Shown in pieces: positions 22,864-34,419 of a stretch of 44,186 nt of DNA. The notes under the pieces are model-generated. The model was not told where the DNA came from and searched no databases. It saw nothing but the letters and a program-made list of their open reading frames with translations. Source of the stretch: Reclinomonas americana ATCC 50394 (taxonomy: Eukaryota); assembly GCA_048213135.1 (NCBI GenBank), contig PS015223.1, positions 77,801-121,986 of the forward strand, written 5' to 3'. The translations under genes were made by a program, and so were the position numbers. Positions within the stretch are counted from its first letter, which is position 1, and each line of letters opens with the position of its first letter.

Positions 22864-22913
22864 TATACATAGGTGTACATGGAAGAATGCAGTTGTCTGT
22901 CATCCTTTTTTTA

Positions 22914-23139
22914 CTATTGCTTTGGTCGCTTTTGTTGCTGGCGAGCGGCATTATCCTCGCGACGACACTTTTTGTAGGCCTCGGCCACGTCCTCACAAAA
23001 CTCCATGTTTTTGCGACTCTGCGAGAGAGATGCGCATGTGAGTGAGTGTGGCAGAGGAGTGTGTGTGGAAGAGGCGCGCAACAGAGCACTTGATGTAGGC
23101 CTGATAGAGCTCCTCGCACGGATCCGGTCTTTGCTCCAT
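22914..23139 (-). CDS. 53-aa twin CX9C (CHCH) mitochondrial intermembrane-space protein, Cox23/CHCHD7-like
   Basis: Exons 23139-23083 and 23018-22914 (intron GTTGCG...GCAG, 64 nt) give MEQRPDPCEELYQAYIKCS-SRKNMEFCEDVAEAYKKCRREDNAARQQQKRPKQ*, with two exact C-X9-C motifs. Not visible as one ORF in the supplied track. Confidence 0.8.
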
Positions 23140-23606
23140 TGTTGCAGTGAGAGTAAGCGGACTTTGCGCGGAATTTCCCGCGCTTATCACACAGTCACGC
23201 ACAGAGGCGCACAGAGTGCCTCGCTCTCTGTCTCTCTCATGGGCATTGAGCACAACTCGTGCTGCTACTTTTGCCACAAGCAGCCCAAGAGAGTTGCGAC
23301 TGAGTGAGAGAGGGAGGAGAAGGGGAGGAGAAGTCGAGGAGAAGGGGAGGAGAAGGGGAGGAGAAGGGGAGGGAATGGGGAGGGGAAGGGGAGGGAATGG
23401 GGAGGGGAAGAAAGGAGAAGGAGGGAGACTGTGAGTGTGTGTGTGCGTGTGAGAGGGAGAGAGAGAGAGAGTGAGAGTGAGTGTGTGTGTGAGAGAGAGA
23501 GTGAGAGTGAGTGTGAGAGAGTGTGTGTGTTGTGAGTGANNNNNNNNNNNNNNNNNNNNNNNNNNNNNNNNNNNNNNNNNNNNNNNNNNNNNNNNNNNNN
23601 NNNNNC

Positions 23607-26600
23607 TTTGGCTGTTGTTCGCTCTCCTCGTCGTCCACCTGTCCGCTCTGCAGCTTGGTGATCTTTTGCAGGAGCGCCATGGCGGGTCGTCGCGGTCCAC
23701 TGGCCACCATCTGCTCCACCTTCTCCACCTCGTCGCCGACTCGGGCGCGGCGGAGAATCCCGTCTAACCGCACCTGCTCGGCCTCGCTGGCGTTCTCGCG
23801 CATGGTGCGCTCAAAGAGGAACGGGCGCGTCATTTGCGCGTGCTTGATGCGCGCTTGCAGCGCCGCCATGTGCTCCGCCTCGGCGCGCTGCTGCATCTGC
23901 TTGGCGGCCATGATCTTCTTGGCCAGTGACTTGATGGCCGAGGGCTTGGCGGCAGCGGCGGCGCCACCCCCCNNNNNNNNNNNNNNNNNNNNTCGCCGCT
24001 GTCGGCCGACTGCCGTGCCGAGCCGGTGTCGCGCAAAGCCTGCGCGAGCTTGCGGGCCATGGCCTTGCGCGCCTTGACCTTCTCGTCGTCGAGGTTGCCT
24101 TGCACCTCTTTCTTCTTGCGCTCCTCCTCCTCCTCTTGCTTCTTCTTCAGGCGTGCCTCGCGACCGGCCTTGATTTCGGTCGGCGGAGGCAGGTACGCCG
24201 GTCGTGGTCTGACCACGGGCTTGGGCTGATCGCGACACGCAAGAGTGAGCACACACAAACAAAGCAATGAGTGTGCCTTCTAACGGGCTCACCGGTGGCT
24301 CGGGCTTGACTTCTCTCCTGGCGGATCGAGCGGGGCTTGCGGTGCCCGCCGACGAGGAGGCCAAACGGAACTCTTGCGGCTTGGTCGGCTGCTTGCTGAC
24401 GCGAGCGCGTTCAAGTGCGGCCTCGAAACGCGACTGCAGGAGCTGGTGGTTCGGCACCTTGGTGTTGATCTGCGGCTTGAACGTGTACGGTGCTGCATGT
24501 TGGTCGCGCGCACAGTCAGAGAACAGCGACCGAAGCACATCGCACATTGCAAGAACAAAACACGCAACGAGGATAATCCGACTGACGACGCGATCCGTCC
24601 TGTTCACCCTGCTCGCCCTGACCTTTCTCGCTACCACCCTCACCCTGCGCCATGTGCATCTCCATGCGTGGCGGCAGCTTGGCCTTCTCCAGCAGCTTCT
24701 GGGCCCGAATGTTGATGCGGGCCTTGCGCTCCTCCTCCTTCATCTCTTGCTGACGGAAAATGGGCGCGGAGATCTCGGGGGGAATCGGCGTGGCCTTGTA
24801 CACCACTGGTGGCGGGGGTGTCGGCTCGCGCTCCGCCATGGCCTTCCTCTCGCGCATCTTGGCCACGTCGCGCTCGTAAAATGTAAATGGGGCCTCGCGC
24901 TCCTTCAGCAGATCCATGCTCTTCCTCTTCGCCTCCTCTCTCCTCTCGGTGTTGCGCTTGAGGATCGTCTCAAACAGCGGCTTCTTCACGGCATCGGGAA
25001 TGTCCTTGGCCTTGAATTGCCGTTTGCCCATCAGTTCCTTTTCTCGCTCCTGGTCCACCCAGTCAGTGCATCAGCACACGCAACATCCGTTATTCCTTTC
25101 TCACAGAGAACGCACCTTCATCATCTCCTCAAACTTGCGCTGCGCAATGGTCTTGGTGGCCTTCTTCTCCTCGGCGCGACTGTGGAACGAAAACGGTGCC
25201 GCCTCGGTCTTCTTGTTCGACTTGGTGATGCGCCGCTTGCGAGCGGCAGCTCGCGCCTCCACCGCCATGTCGTGCTCGCCGTAGTAGTGCCCATCGCCAC
25301 CACTGGCAGCACCCTCGCCCTCGCTCGCCGTACCCTCACTGGGTCGCGAGGCCGACCGCAGCGGTGATGGACTCGCGGCACCGGACCGTGTTGCGGAGGA
25401 TGACCGGGGCGGCAGTGGTCCACTGGCTTGCGACTCGGGCTGCGTGCTCGTTCGACCCGACAAGCGTGGAACTTGAAAGGCGTTGTCTTCACCCGCTGTC
25501 GCCGCTTCGAAATCCTCCACCAGCATGTCCTGCATCATGGGGGAAGAGGAAATGAGTGACATGATGACGAAAATAGAAGAGAGTATTGTTGTTCCACACG
25601 CCACTCACATCGGCCTCGGCGGCACTCTGCCATCGCGGTGGCACCGATGCTGCGCGTGGCTTGACGAGGTCGTCTCCGTCGACGCCTCCGTCCGACGAGG
25701 ACGGGAACACAGACTCCACAGCGGCGGCACGTCCACCGCCCACCGCGTGTCGAGTTGGCTGTCCACCGACGGCACTGCTCTGCCAGCGTGGACCCGACGG
25801 CGCCACCACTGGCGGTGACTCCGTGTCATCAAAGTCCATGTCGGCCTTGCTGGATTGCCACCGTGGTGGCGGAGGTGCCCTGTCCAGTGGATCACGCTGC
25901 ACCTCTTCGTCGGCGAGTCGAATCAGTTCGCGCGCCGATGGAGTGCCCGACGATGCCGCCGATCCACTGCCACCGGTCCCGGCGCCGGTATTGGTGCCCG
26001 CAGTGGCCACTTGTCGGGCCAATGGTCTGGGCAGACGTGACGGCGACCGTGGCCGTGGCGACAACTCATCGTCGTAATCCACAAACGCCGTCCCATCGTC
26101 GTGACGCGTCTTTGACGGACCACCAATGCCACTAATGGAGCGAATGGTGGACATGAATAGCGGATTCTCGCCACCGGCATCCGAGTCCTGCCACGAAGAA
26201 AGATAATGTGAGCTCGACGCGCGTGAACTCCTCCATGGAGAACAGCCGCACCCCCACAGACCATGCTGTCGGCAACACGACGCTGTCCGCCGTCGACCGG
26301 CACCGTGACTGAATGATCGGTCAGCATGGCATGAACAACACTGTGCGCAGCGACGGAAGACGAAACTCGGCAGCTCATCCGCAAACAAATCGCCATCGTT
26401 GATACGCGCCTCCTGCCACGCATGCCGGGTCGGCTTTTGCAGTGCGTCGGCACGTCGCGCTCCCACTCGCCGATGCAACGCATTCCACCGATCCGACTCC
26501 AGCTCATACTCCGGCTCCCCACGGACCACATTGCCACCATTGCCATTCCCATTGCCGGCCATCATATCCTGCATCACCGGTCGACCATACATGCGCTCCT

Positions 26601-27250
26601 CCAACTCGCGCAGCCGCTCCGCCTGCGCCAGCCGCATCTGCTCCAGCTGCATGAGAAACGGATCGTCAAACTCTGCGCCCGGATCGGCCTCGCTCGACGC
26701 CGCCACGCCGCCGTACGAGGAAGCCGGTGGATCCGCCCACTGCACTCCCCTCTCCTCCTGCTCCTGCTCCTGCTCCTCCAACAACTGCTGCTGCAGCGCT
26801 CGCATACGCGACTGTACAAACTTCCCGTCACGACGTGCACGCTGATGAACNNNNNNNNNNNNNNNNNNNNAAGACAAGACACGCGCTGCCTGTGCTTACC
26901 TCCAGCGTCTTCACATGCTGCGCGTGACTCATCCCCGGCGGCTTCTCCTCCCTCGCCAGCTGCTGCGCAAACTCCTTGAGCGCTCGCATCTTTTCACTGC
27001 TCTTCTGATCGCCGTCGTCGTCCTCATCGCCCAACTCCACTCGCGACTTGGCGCGCGAGGAGGGAGGTGGAGGACGGTCACCTCGCGGCTTCTTCACCCA
27101 ATAGCTCGGCTGTGCGGGGGTGCCCTTGGCGCGCGAGTTGAGCAGTTTGCGCTGCTTGACCTTTTTCTTCTTCATCTCCTCCAGCGTCTCTGCCATGATC
27201 TGATCGGGCGGACGCAGGTCCAGCTTAATGTGCGCGAACTGTGCGGCCAT
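23607..27250 (-). CDS. FAM161: FAM161 (UPF0564) family centriole inner-scaffold/ciliary protein; interrupted by gaps, 3' end uncertain
   Basis: Spliced exons carry PFSF..R, QFKAKDIP....PLFE, PFTFYERD, YKATPIP, RA.KLL..A.LPPRM, FKPQIN..VP, T.P.EF.L and RPFLFER, the FAM161A/B motif series. Long low-complexity N-terminus; start at 27250 inferred. Confidence 0.8.
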
Positions 27251-27547
27251 GGGATTGGGAAGATCGGTGTTGCTGGGATCTCTGTGNNNNNNNNNNNNNN
27301 NNNNNNATTGAGAGAGAGAGAGCACGCGTTGGTCCCATGTCTGACTGAGTGAGAGTGTGAGAGTGAGAGTGAGAGTGAGTGTGATCGCAAACCGTGGTAG
27401 TGTGAGACAGTTCTGGGAGAGCACCAGGTTGCTGGAGGGTGCGGCCAGCGACATGGTTGGCTCTTATCTGCGCAGTTTGAGAGTGATCCTGAAACGGTCG
27501 ACGTCGACTTCGTGTCCGATTTGCCTCGACGTCGGTTTTTTTGCACA

Positions 27548-27898
27548 ATGTCGCCCCTGGAGGTGAACGCTGAATTCAGGAGCTTCTTGTACCAGCTAGA
27601 CGAGTTCTGGCGCGTCGACGAAGTGACGCGTGCGAATAATGGACGGATGTGGATTGTCGTCGAGCCATTCCCCTCTGCCGCCGAAACGTGGGTGCTCGAG
27701 GCGGCGCCTGTGGAGCGGGAGACGCAGTCCAAGTACGAACGCAGGAGCTACGAGCTGGTGTCCATCTGCAGCCACACATGCAACATGCCGGATGATTCAC
27801 CGCTGCTCTCAAGCGAGGAGGAATTATCCGCACACCTGAACAGGATCGTTAGCGATCTGCGAAGTGAGTTGGATCAGAGGTATTCTCCTTCCCCCTGA
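27548..27898 (+). CDS. Hypothetical single-exon protein (116 aa)
   Basis: ATG 27548 to TGA 27898 with coding-like codon usage, in the space between FAM161 and CLN3. No family recognised. Confidence 0.55.
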   Translation: MSPLEVNAEFRSFLYQLDEFWRVDEVTRANNGRMWIVVEPFPSAAETWVLEAAPVERETQSKYERRSYELVSICSHTCNMPDDSPLLSSEEELSAHLNRIVSDLRSELDQRYSPSP

Positions 27899-27931
27899 AT
27901 AAACGCAACCATCGAAACTCTTTACTTACTA

Positions 27932-30312
27932 CTACTGCAGGAACGTGTGATCCATAAAAATGTCCCAGAGCGATGCCGTGAGGATGCCTACGTTGCAGAC
28001 GAACGAGCACACGTTCATGGCCAGATCTCGTATCCGCAAGTCGATCTTCGGATCCTTCAGCACCAAGTGGAAGCAGTTGACGTACGAGGCGCCGCCGAGG
28101 AGACCCACGTACACCATGAGCACGAACTGGACCCACACGTTGACAAACTTGTACTGCACGGTCGCGCAACGAGTGAGAACAGCGGCGCACACGACTAGCA
28201 CGTCCATGCACACACGCACCTTGGCCAAAATGATCCAGAACACAAAGTTGGCGCCTTGTAGTATGGTGAGAATGTCGACACGCTTGATCTTGAAGAACGG
28301 CAGCGACGAGCGCGACAGCAGTACACCGGACTGGTAGCAGAATGACAAAATGGTGTATGCGTGCTGTCGTTCCCATGAACCGACGTCGGTGGACGGGTTC
28401 GCCTTGTCGGCAGCACCCACGCTGACCACGTACTCGAAAAAGTACACCAGGCCGAGCTGTTTTCCCCCTGTGTTAGCAACCCAAGAATAATAGAAGTCTC
28501 TGATCTCCCTCCCTCTCTCTTCTTGCTTTCTCTTCATTCCCCAACTTTGCTTCTAAAGCTCTCTGTCTCGGGCCTTTTTCCATCCTCTCTCTCACGCACA
28601 TACACACACTTCTTGCATTCTCTCTCCCTCCTTCTCCATCTTCTCTCTCTACTCTCGACCTGTCCCCTCCCTCTCTCNNNNNNNNNNNNNNNNNNNNNNN
28701 NNNNNNNNNNNNNNNNNNNNNNNNNNNNNNNNNNNNNNNNNNNNNNNNNNNNNNNNNNNNNNNNNNNNNNNNNNNNNNNNNNNNNNNNNNNNNNNNNNNN
28801 NNNNNNNNNNNNNNNNNNNNNNNNNNNNNNNNNNNNNNNNNNNNNNNNNNNNNNNNNNNNNNNNNNNNNNNNNNNNNNNNNNNNNNNNNNNNNNNNNNNN
28901 NNNNNNNNNNNNNNNNNNNNNNNNNNNNNNNNNNNNNNNNNNNNNNNNNNNNNNNNNNNNNNNNNCCCTCTCCCTCTCCCTCTCCCTCCCCCTCCCCCTC
29001 CCTCTCCCTCTCCCTCTCTCCTTCTTCCTCTCCCTCTCCCTCTCCCTCTCCCTCTCCCTCTCCCTCTAATGTCACTCACCTGCAGCGAGTACCACCACAC
29101 AAGCCTCATGGCCAACTTGATATCGGTCCACCCCACCACGGCGCGCGTTGGAGGCTGCAGTTCCGTCGCCTCACCAGCCGGCTTTCCGCCGTCCACCAGC
29201 TGCATACTCTCCTCATCCTTCGGCGAGCCAGCCTTCTCCTCCTGCACGTGCTGCTCGTCCTTGCGTGGCTCCACAGACCCGTAAGCTACTGGACAGACAC
29301 GGCGACGCGGTGAGCGAGCAGTCACGCACAAGCAGACCAAGATTCGAAAAGAGAATGCCAGAGACTTAAAGAAACACGGCATCTCCACTCCCCATCGACG
29401 CAACTGGTGACACCCTCCGCATCGGTCACTGCCGGCGGACCATTCGGCAACGCGTGATATCGATCTTGCGGCTTGGAGAGCACGAAAAAGTACAGTATCC
29501 AATACACAAAGATAAAGGGCACTTGCGACAGGAAGATCCACATGTCGCTGAGACCGGCCGCATCTGCATTGTGATGCACGACAGCGTGAGCAAAAACCGG
29601 CATGACCGACCGACTGCTCTCCTTGTGTGACGCAACTGAGCAGCAGATAGTACGCCGAGCCAAAGACGCCAGCGAGTCCCGTTCCACTCGACCAGCCACC
29701 GACCAATGCCGGCGGAAACAGACTGAGGTAGCCGAGGAAGACACTGCGCAGCAACTCCACTTCAGCACGCATCCTACCTAACCCCTCGCAGCGCCCCACA
29801 AGAAGAGTTGCAAACCTCTCGCAGAACGCGGAGAATGCACCAATGAGAAGAATGCCAATGAGAGCGACTGGGAAGTTCATGTGCGGCGAGAAGGCGACCA
29901 GAACGCAGCCGGCAATCGACAAAAAGCCGCCAAAGAACATGCGCAGCGAGTACGACACCTTCTCCATGAACAGTGTGTTGACGAACTTGGCCACGAGACC
30001 AAGCGCAATGTTGGCCAGTGGAATCAGTCTGCTTCTTATCTTGAGAGAGATCGACGCAAATGTGACTGAGAATGCATCACTGACCCGATCAGATTGGGCA
30101 CATTGAAGGTGTTGACAATGTTCTGTGCGCCACTGATGACCACCACGTAGGTGAGGTTGTTGATGGCACCGAGGAAGAAGGTGGCCACTTGGTTGCGAAT
30201 CAGCAGCGATCGCTCCTGTCACAACACACACACACACATTAGCGCACACAGAGAGAGGGAGAGAGCATAAGATGCACATGTGTGCATGTGAGATGCGCAG
30301 GGAAAGGGGGAG

Positions 30313-30368
<56 letters not shown>

Positions 30369-30491
30369 ACGAGCATGTGCATCGGCACTTGTGCGCCCTG
30401 TCGGAATGAGCGTGCATGTTCTGCACTTTGTCTGTCTGTCTGTCTCTCTCTCTGTCTGCACACGAACCGGATCGCGCTTGCCTCCGCACAT
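27932..30491 (-). CDS. CLN3: CLN3/battenin (BTN1) family lysosomal membrane protein
   Basis: Eight exons: MCGGKRDP-ERSLLIRNQVATFFLGAINNLTYVVVISGA..., GGWSSGTGLAGVFG, LVYFFEY, YQSGVLLSRSS, VYVGLLGGASYVN. These are hallmark CLN3 motifs. Ends in TAG. Confidence 0.92.
28967..29067. repeat. (CCCTCT)n hexamer repeat in a CLN3 intron beside a gap
   Basis: Direct inspection. Confidence 0.9.
30315..30362. repeat. (GT)n microsatellite in CLN3 intron 1
   Basis: Perfect GT dinucleotide run. Confidence 0.95.
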
Positions 30492-30589
30492 TGCCACAAA
30501 GCCCGCGCCAATGTTCCGACGAACAGGACACGGGCTAGCTGACGGTTGCAAGAACGTTGTGATTTGTGTGTGTCTGGCGAGAGAAGAGC

Positions 30590-33209
30590 ATGTCGGATGT
30601 GCTGACACGAGTGCGTGAGTTGGTGGAGTTGTGTGAGCGGCATGTGGAGCGGCTGGTATACTTCTCCTCGTGGGTGTCGTTTCATGTGGAGAGTGGAGGA
30701 GTTGCGCGCATGACAACAACAGAGAAGGCGTGTGCTCTTTGCTTATCCACACGTTCACACGCCGCAGAGCAAGAAGACGGACCTTGGTGGCAAGATCCAG
30801 ACAGACTGGAGTGTGTTTCTGACACGGGTGAGACAGACTCGTCTTTCTCCCTCTCTCACTCTGTGTTGTGTGTCCTCATCTATGTTGTCGTCGCCGAGCA
30901 GCATGAGCAGCTGTTGCGTGCGTTGGATGCAGGGTTCCAGGAGTTGCAGAGACTGCCGGAGGACACTCAGGTGTTTTATCATCGTCGCCTATTGCAAGTT
31001 GAGTGGTGCCACATGGAGAGGGTGAACATGAGTCGCCGAAGTTTTGCGCTGACGAGTCGTTGGCAGTGTCAAGGCGAGTTGCGAAGTGCACTGGGGAGAG
31101 CGGAGACGGCGTACATTGCTGCGCTGGCGTACTTTGATGGTTCATACACACGCCTGCTGTTGCTGCTCTTCTTGCGCCTTACTCTGGTCGTCGCCAGACT
31201 TGTTGTTGAACTCGGCGCATTTGACACGCGATCTGCGAGCGCGACACAAGGAACTCAAGCAGCTGGCCAAGCAGCAGCGGTGGACTGACGATGATGATGA
31301 CGACGAGCATGCGCAGGAGAACAAGTCGTTCGGAGACAGCTTCGTTCACTTTGGTGGTGGCACTCGCAGCACTGCAAGCATCGGCTCCAGTGGTGCCAGT
31401 TCATCGTCGATCTCCACAAGGACGACCACAGACACATCGTCGGTGTCTTCTGGATCCGGTTCCAGTGTCTGCGTCGATCCGCTGAAGGAGTTTATCGCGT
31501 TGCGTGATCTCCATGCCTACAGATATCGCCCTGTACAGCTCCGTTGCCGACCGCACGAGCTCTCTCTTCACAGTGCAAGCATGCCGGCTACCTCCACCCT
31601 CCAGCGACGCAAGTACATGGAAGAACACTGCTCATCGCGAGTGCGCCGGAAGCACCGCGAACGACAACAACAACAACCAGTATCGTCAGCGACACACGCG
31701 GGTTCGTGTGCGCGCACACAGTCAATGTTCGCACACTCCAGGAATCTCATTTGCTTTCCCCCCTCTGCCCGCAGAGTTGCTGCGACCACTGGATCCGCTG
31801 CCAGAGTACGATGAGAGGCTGACGGAGAGACTCATTCACCAGTCGACGCTGTTGCGATACCAGCTGCAGCGAATTGAGCAGGTTCGCTCGCCACCTGGAG
31901 GCTACCGTGTACTGGAGCAGCGACGCGGTATCATCTCTCTGTTTCCAAACTTGTGAGACTTTGTTGTTGTGTAAAATCGTGTGTGGACAAATCTTGTTTC
32001 GCAGCTGCTGGTCTACAGTTTTGGGTTGTTGTCGCAATGTCACTCACACACTGCTGCTGTGGAGTGGATTGCTCCGCTGAGGCTGAGGTGGCGCGTCTCA
32101 ACGATGTCGGTCACTCGGCCGTGGGTCGTGCCGACAAGCCACGGAGGCCGTGGGCGCATCGCATGGTGACGACGATTCGGGAGGCCGACAGTTTTGGGAG
32201 TTTCCGCGACACGCACGAGTGGCGCAAAGCAGAGTACGGGTGTGTCAGTGCGCGCGTGCGCTACATCCTCCGCCTGTTGCTGCTCACCGGCTTGTGAGAC
32301 AGGCACCGTGATGTGGAGTTTCTGGCGCGCGTGTTGCGCGGCCGACCACTGATCATGCAGTCGAACAGTGATGGGTGGCGTCGCAGTGCTGCAACAACAG
32401 CATCACCGGCGGCTGCTGTCGATCCGCGTGCCATCGCCTCGGTGTTCCTGGAGGCCGTCGAGGGTGCGGCCGAGGTACTGCGGGTGCGTTCGCGACTCGA
32501 CTACACTGGTGCTCGTTCGTGTGACTGTCTGCGTGATTGCGAGAGTTGTCGCGCGTGCTGCTGCATTGGTTGGTGTGGTGCCTGCTTGCGTGGCGCTCCG
32601 AGTACATTTGCCCGCGTGCAGCAGGTGCTGGATGAGTGGAACGAGGGCGTCTTTCACCCCATGGGTGTGCACTGGCGGTGAGCATGCATCCATCCGCGGT
32701 CTTCTCTCCTCCTGTCCTCACTCAACGTCTGCTGCAGTCGAGTTCGAATCCGCACGCGCTGCTGCGGTACAGGTACATGCAACAATTCAGTGTGCCCATT
32801 CTTCGACGCCTGCTGTCCCTCGTTTGTCGACAGCAACACGACAGCGGCCTATCACGTGCCCAGGTGATGCCATGGAAGCAAGCTAGTTGCATGTGTGACA
32901 TTGGCCACTGACCACGCGCGTCCCCTGTGCAGTCTCCGGCAGCAACTGTGGTGGTGCTGCGCTCCGGCGCTGTGCTGCTGCTCGTGCCCACAGCCACTGA
33001 TCTTCCTCCAGCTGGTGTCGCATCAGCGCATCGCGTCGACCTTTGAGACGGCGGTCCGCCGCAAAGCAGAACTGGCAGCGGCGGCAGCGACACGAGCAGC
33101 GGATCCCATCACACTGCACGCACCGCAGAGCACCGCCAGATCGATCCGCGATCGACAGGCGACGCTTCCGGAGGCACCGAACCACGACAGAGTGCCCGTG
33201 TCGCCGTAA
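30590..33209 (+). CDS. Multi-exon hypothetical protein with N-terminal helical/coiled region and C-terminal Cys-rich ERF4/GOLGA7/CHIC-like domain (could be two genes)
   Basis: Phase-consistent exons from ATG 30590. Region 32313-32678 reads FLEAVEGAAEVL...CDCLRDCESCRACCCIGWCGAC...VQQVLDEWNEGVFHPMGVHWR, like the ERF4/CHIC pattern (Cys-rich hydrophobic core, then L.EWN..(L/F)...G..W). Junctions between 31880 and 32300 not resolved. Confidence 0.5.
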
Positions 33210-33240
33210 ATGATATGTACAATCTACTCTCCTCCATTCT

Positions 33241-34364
33241 CTATCGTAGTGTCTGCACGTACAGTAACGCATGGCCCGGGTACTGATCGTACGGCCGCGT
33301 TCCGTCCTCGAACACCCAGTCTGTGCGGCGTGCATGAGTTGTGCGAGCAGCACCATTGCGACACGAGGATGTGCAGACTCACCAGACCATACCACGCGAT
33401 TCACCTCGACCATGCCGCACTTTTCTGCCACTCGTGCTGACGCCGCATTCGACGCCAGATCCGTCATGTACCGGTACTCGTGTTGGCGGCACCACTGCAT
33501 CGCCACAGGTTGTGTGCGTGAGAGAGAGACAAGTCGCACGCCCACCACACATCCGTGCGTACCTCTGCCGCCAGTCTCAGCATGTCAGTGGTGATGCCGA
33601 GGCCGTTTACTTCTGGCAGCACGCCACCGGCCAACGTCCGCAGTGTCACACCAGGCCGCCAGTCACCAGCCGCCTTTACTTTGCTGCACAGCTGCGAATG
33701 AGCAATGGCGATACCACGGTGTCAGCCTTCCCTTCTTGCGTTCACCTTATCCACGGCTCCTCAATGTCCCTCCAGAACGCCAGACGACGACGCAGCTTCG
33801 GATTGGCATCCACCAGCTGCCGGTACGGATGGGAGACCTCAAACTTGTCCGGCACCATGTCTTCGCCAATCATGAAACCGACAACCTGCATCCACGAAAG
33901 GCGTCACTACCGTTGTCGTCGTTGTCGCCAGTCGCATCGCACAATGCAGCTACCTTTGGTGCGTGCGCCACTCGCTGCTGCTCCACCACCATCGCCAGCC
34001 CGCTCTTGATCGCCGTTTGGACCTCTGACACAACACACACCATGATCGTATGAGCGATCGATCGATGCATGCAGGCAGCCTCCCACACGCATTGACGCTC
34101 ACCCATGGAGGTCATCGGTTGCAGATCGCTCTCCGTGATCTGCAGCGCCTGGATCACCGGGTTGTGATGCACCCACATGTGCGTGTACATGCGCACCAAC
34201 TCTGACACATCGCGCACTCGCGCTCGCCGAATCACCACCTCACCGCCGCCCTGCCCCTGCGCAGGCGCCAACGCTCGACGCCACCACACATCACTCGCCA
34301 CTGTTGTCGCCACCGATCGCGACAGCAAAGGCGACGACGCTCGTCGCGCAACACGAAGCATCAT
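33241..34364 (-). CDS. GNAT-fold N-acetyltransferase (AANAT-like) with probable mitochondrial presequence
   Basis: Six exons. Arg/Ser/Ala-rich N-terminus (MMLRVARRASSPLLSRS), VIRRARVRDV, KVVGFMIGED, acetyl-CoA loop GVLPEVNGLGITTDML, SNAASARVAEKCGM. TAG at 33241-33243. Confidence 0.75.
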
Positions 34365-34419
34365 GAGCAAACGAAAGGACGCAACAGGACTTCGCCTTCT
34401 CACCGCCTGTAGCCAGAGC

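Noticed and set aside
23237-23305. Possible last exon of FAM161
   Set aside because: Separated by a gap and microsatellites; frame and junction cannot be established.
27548-27898. GSKIP-like identity for the orphan ORF
   Set aside because: Only a vague size and pattern resemblance; no diagnostic motif.
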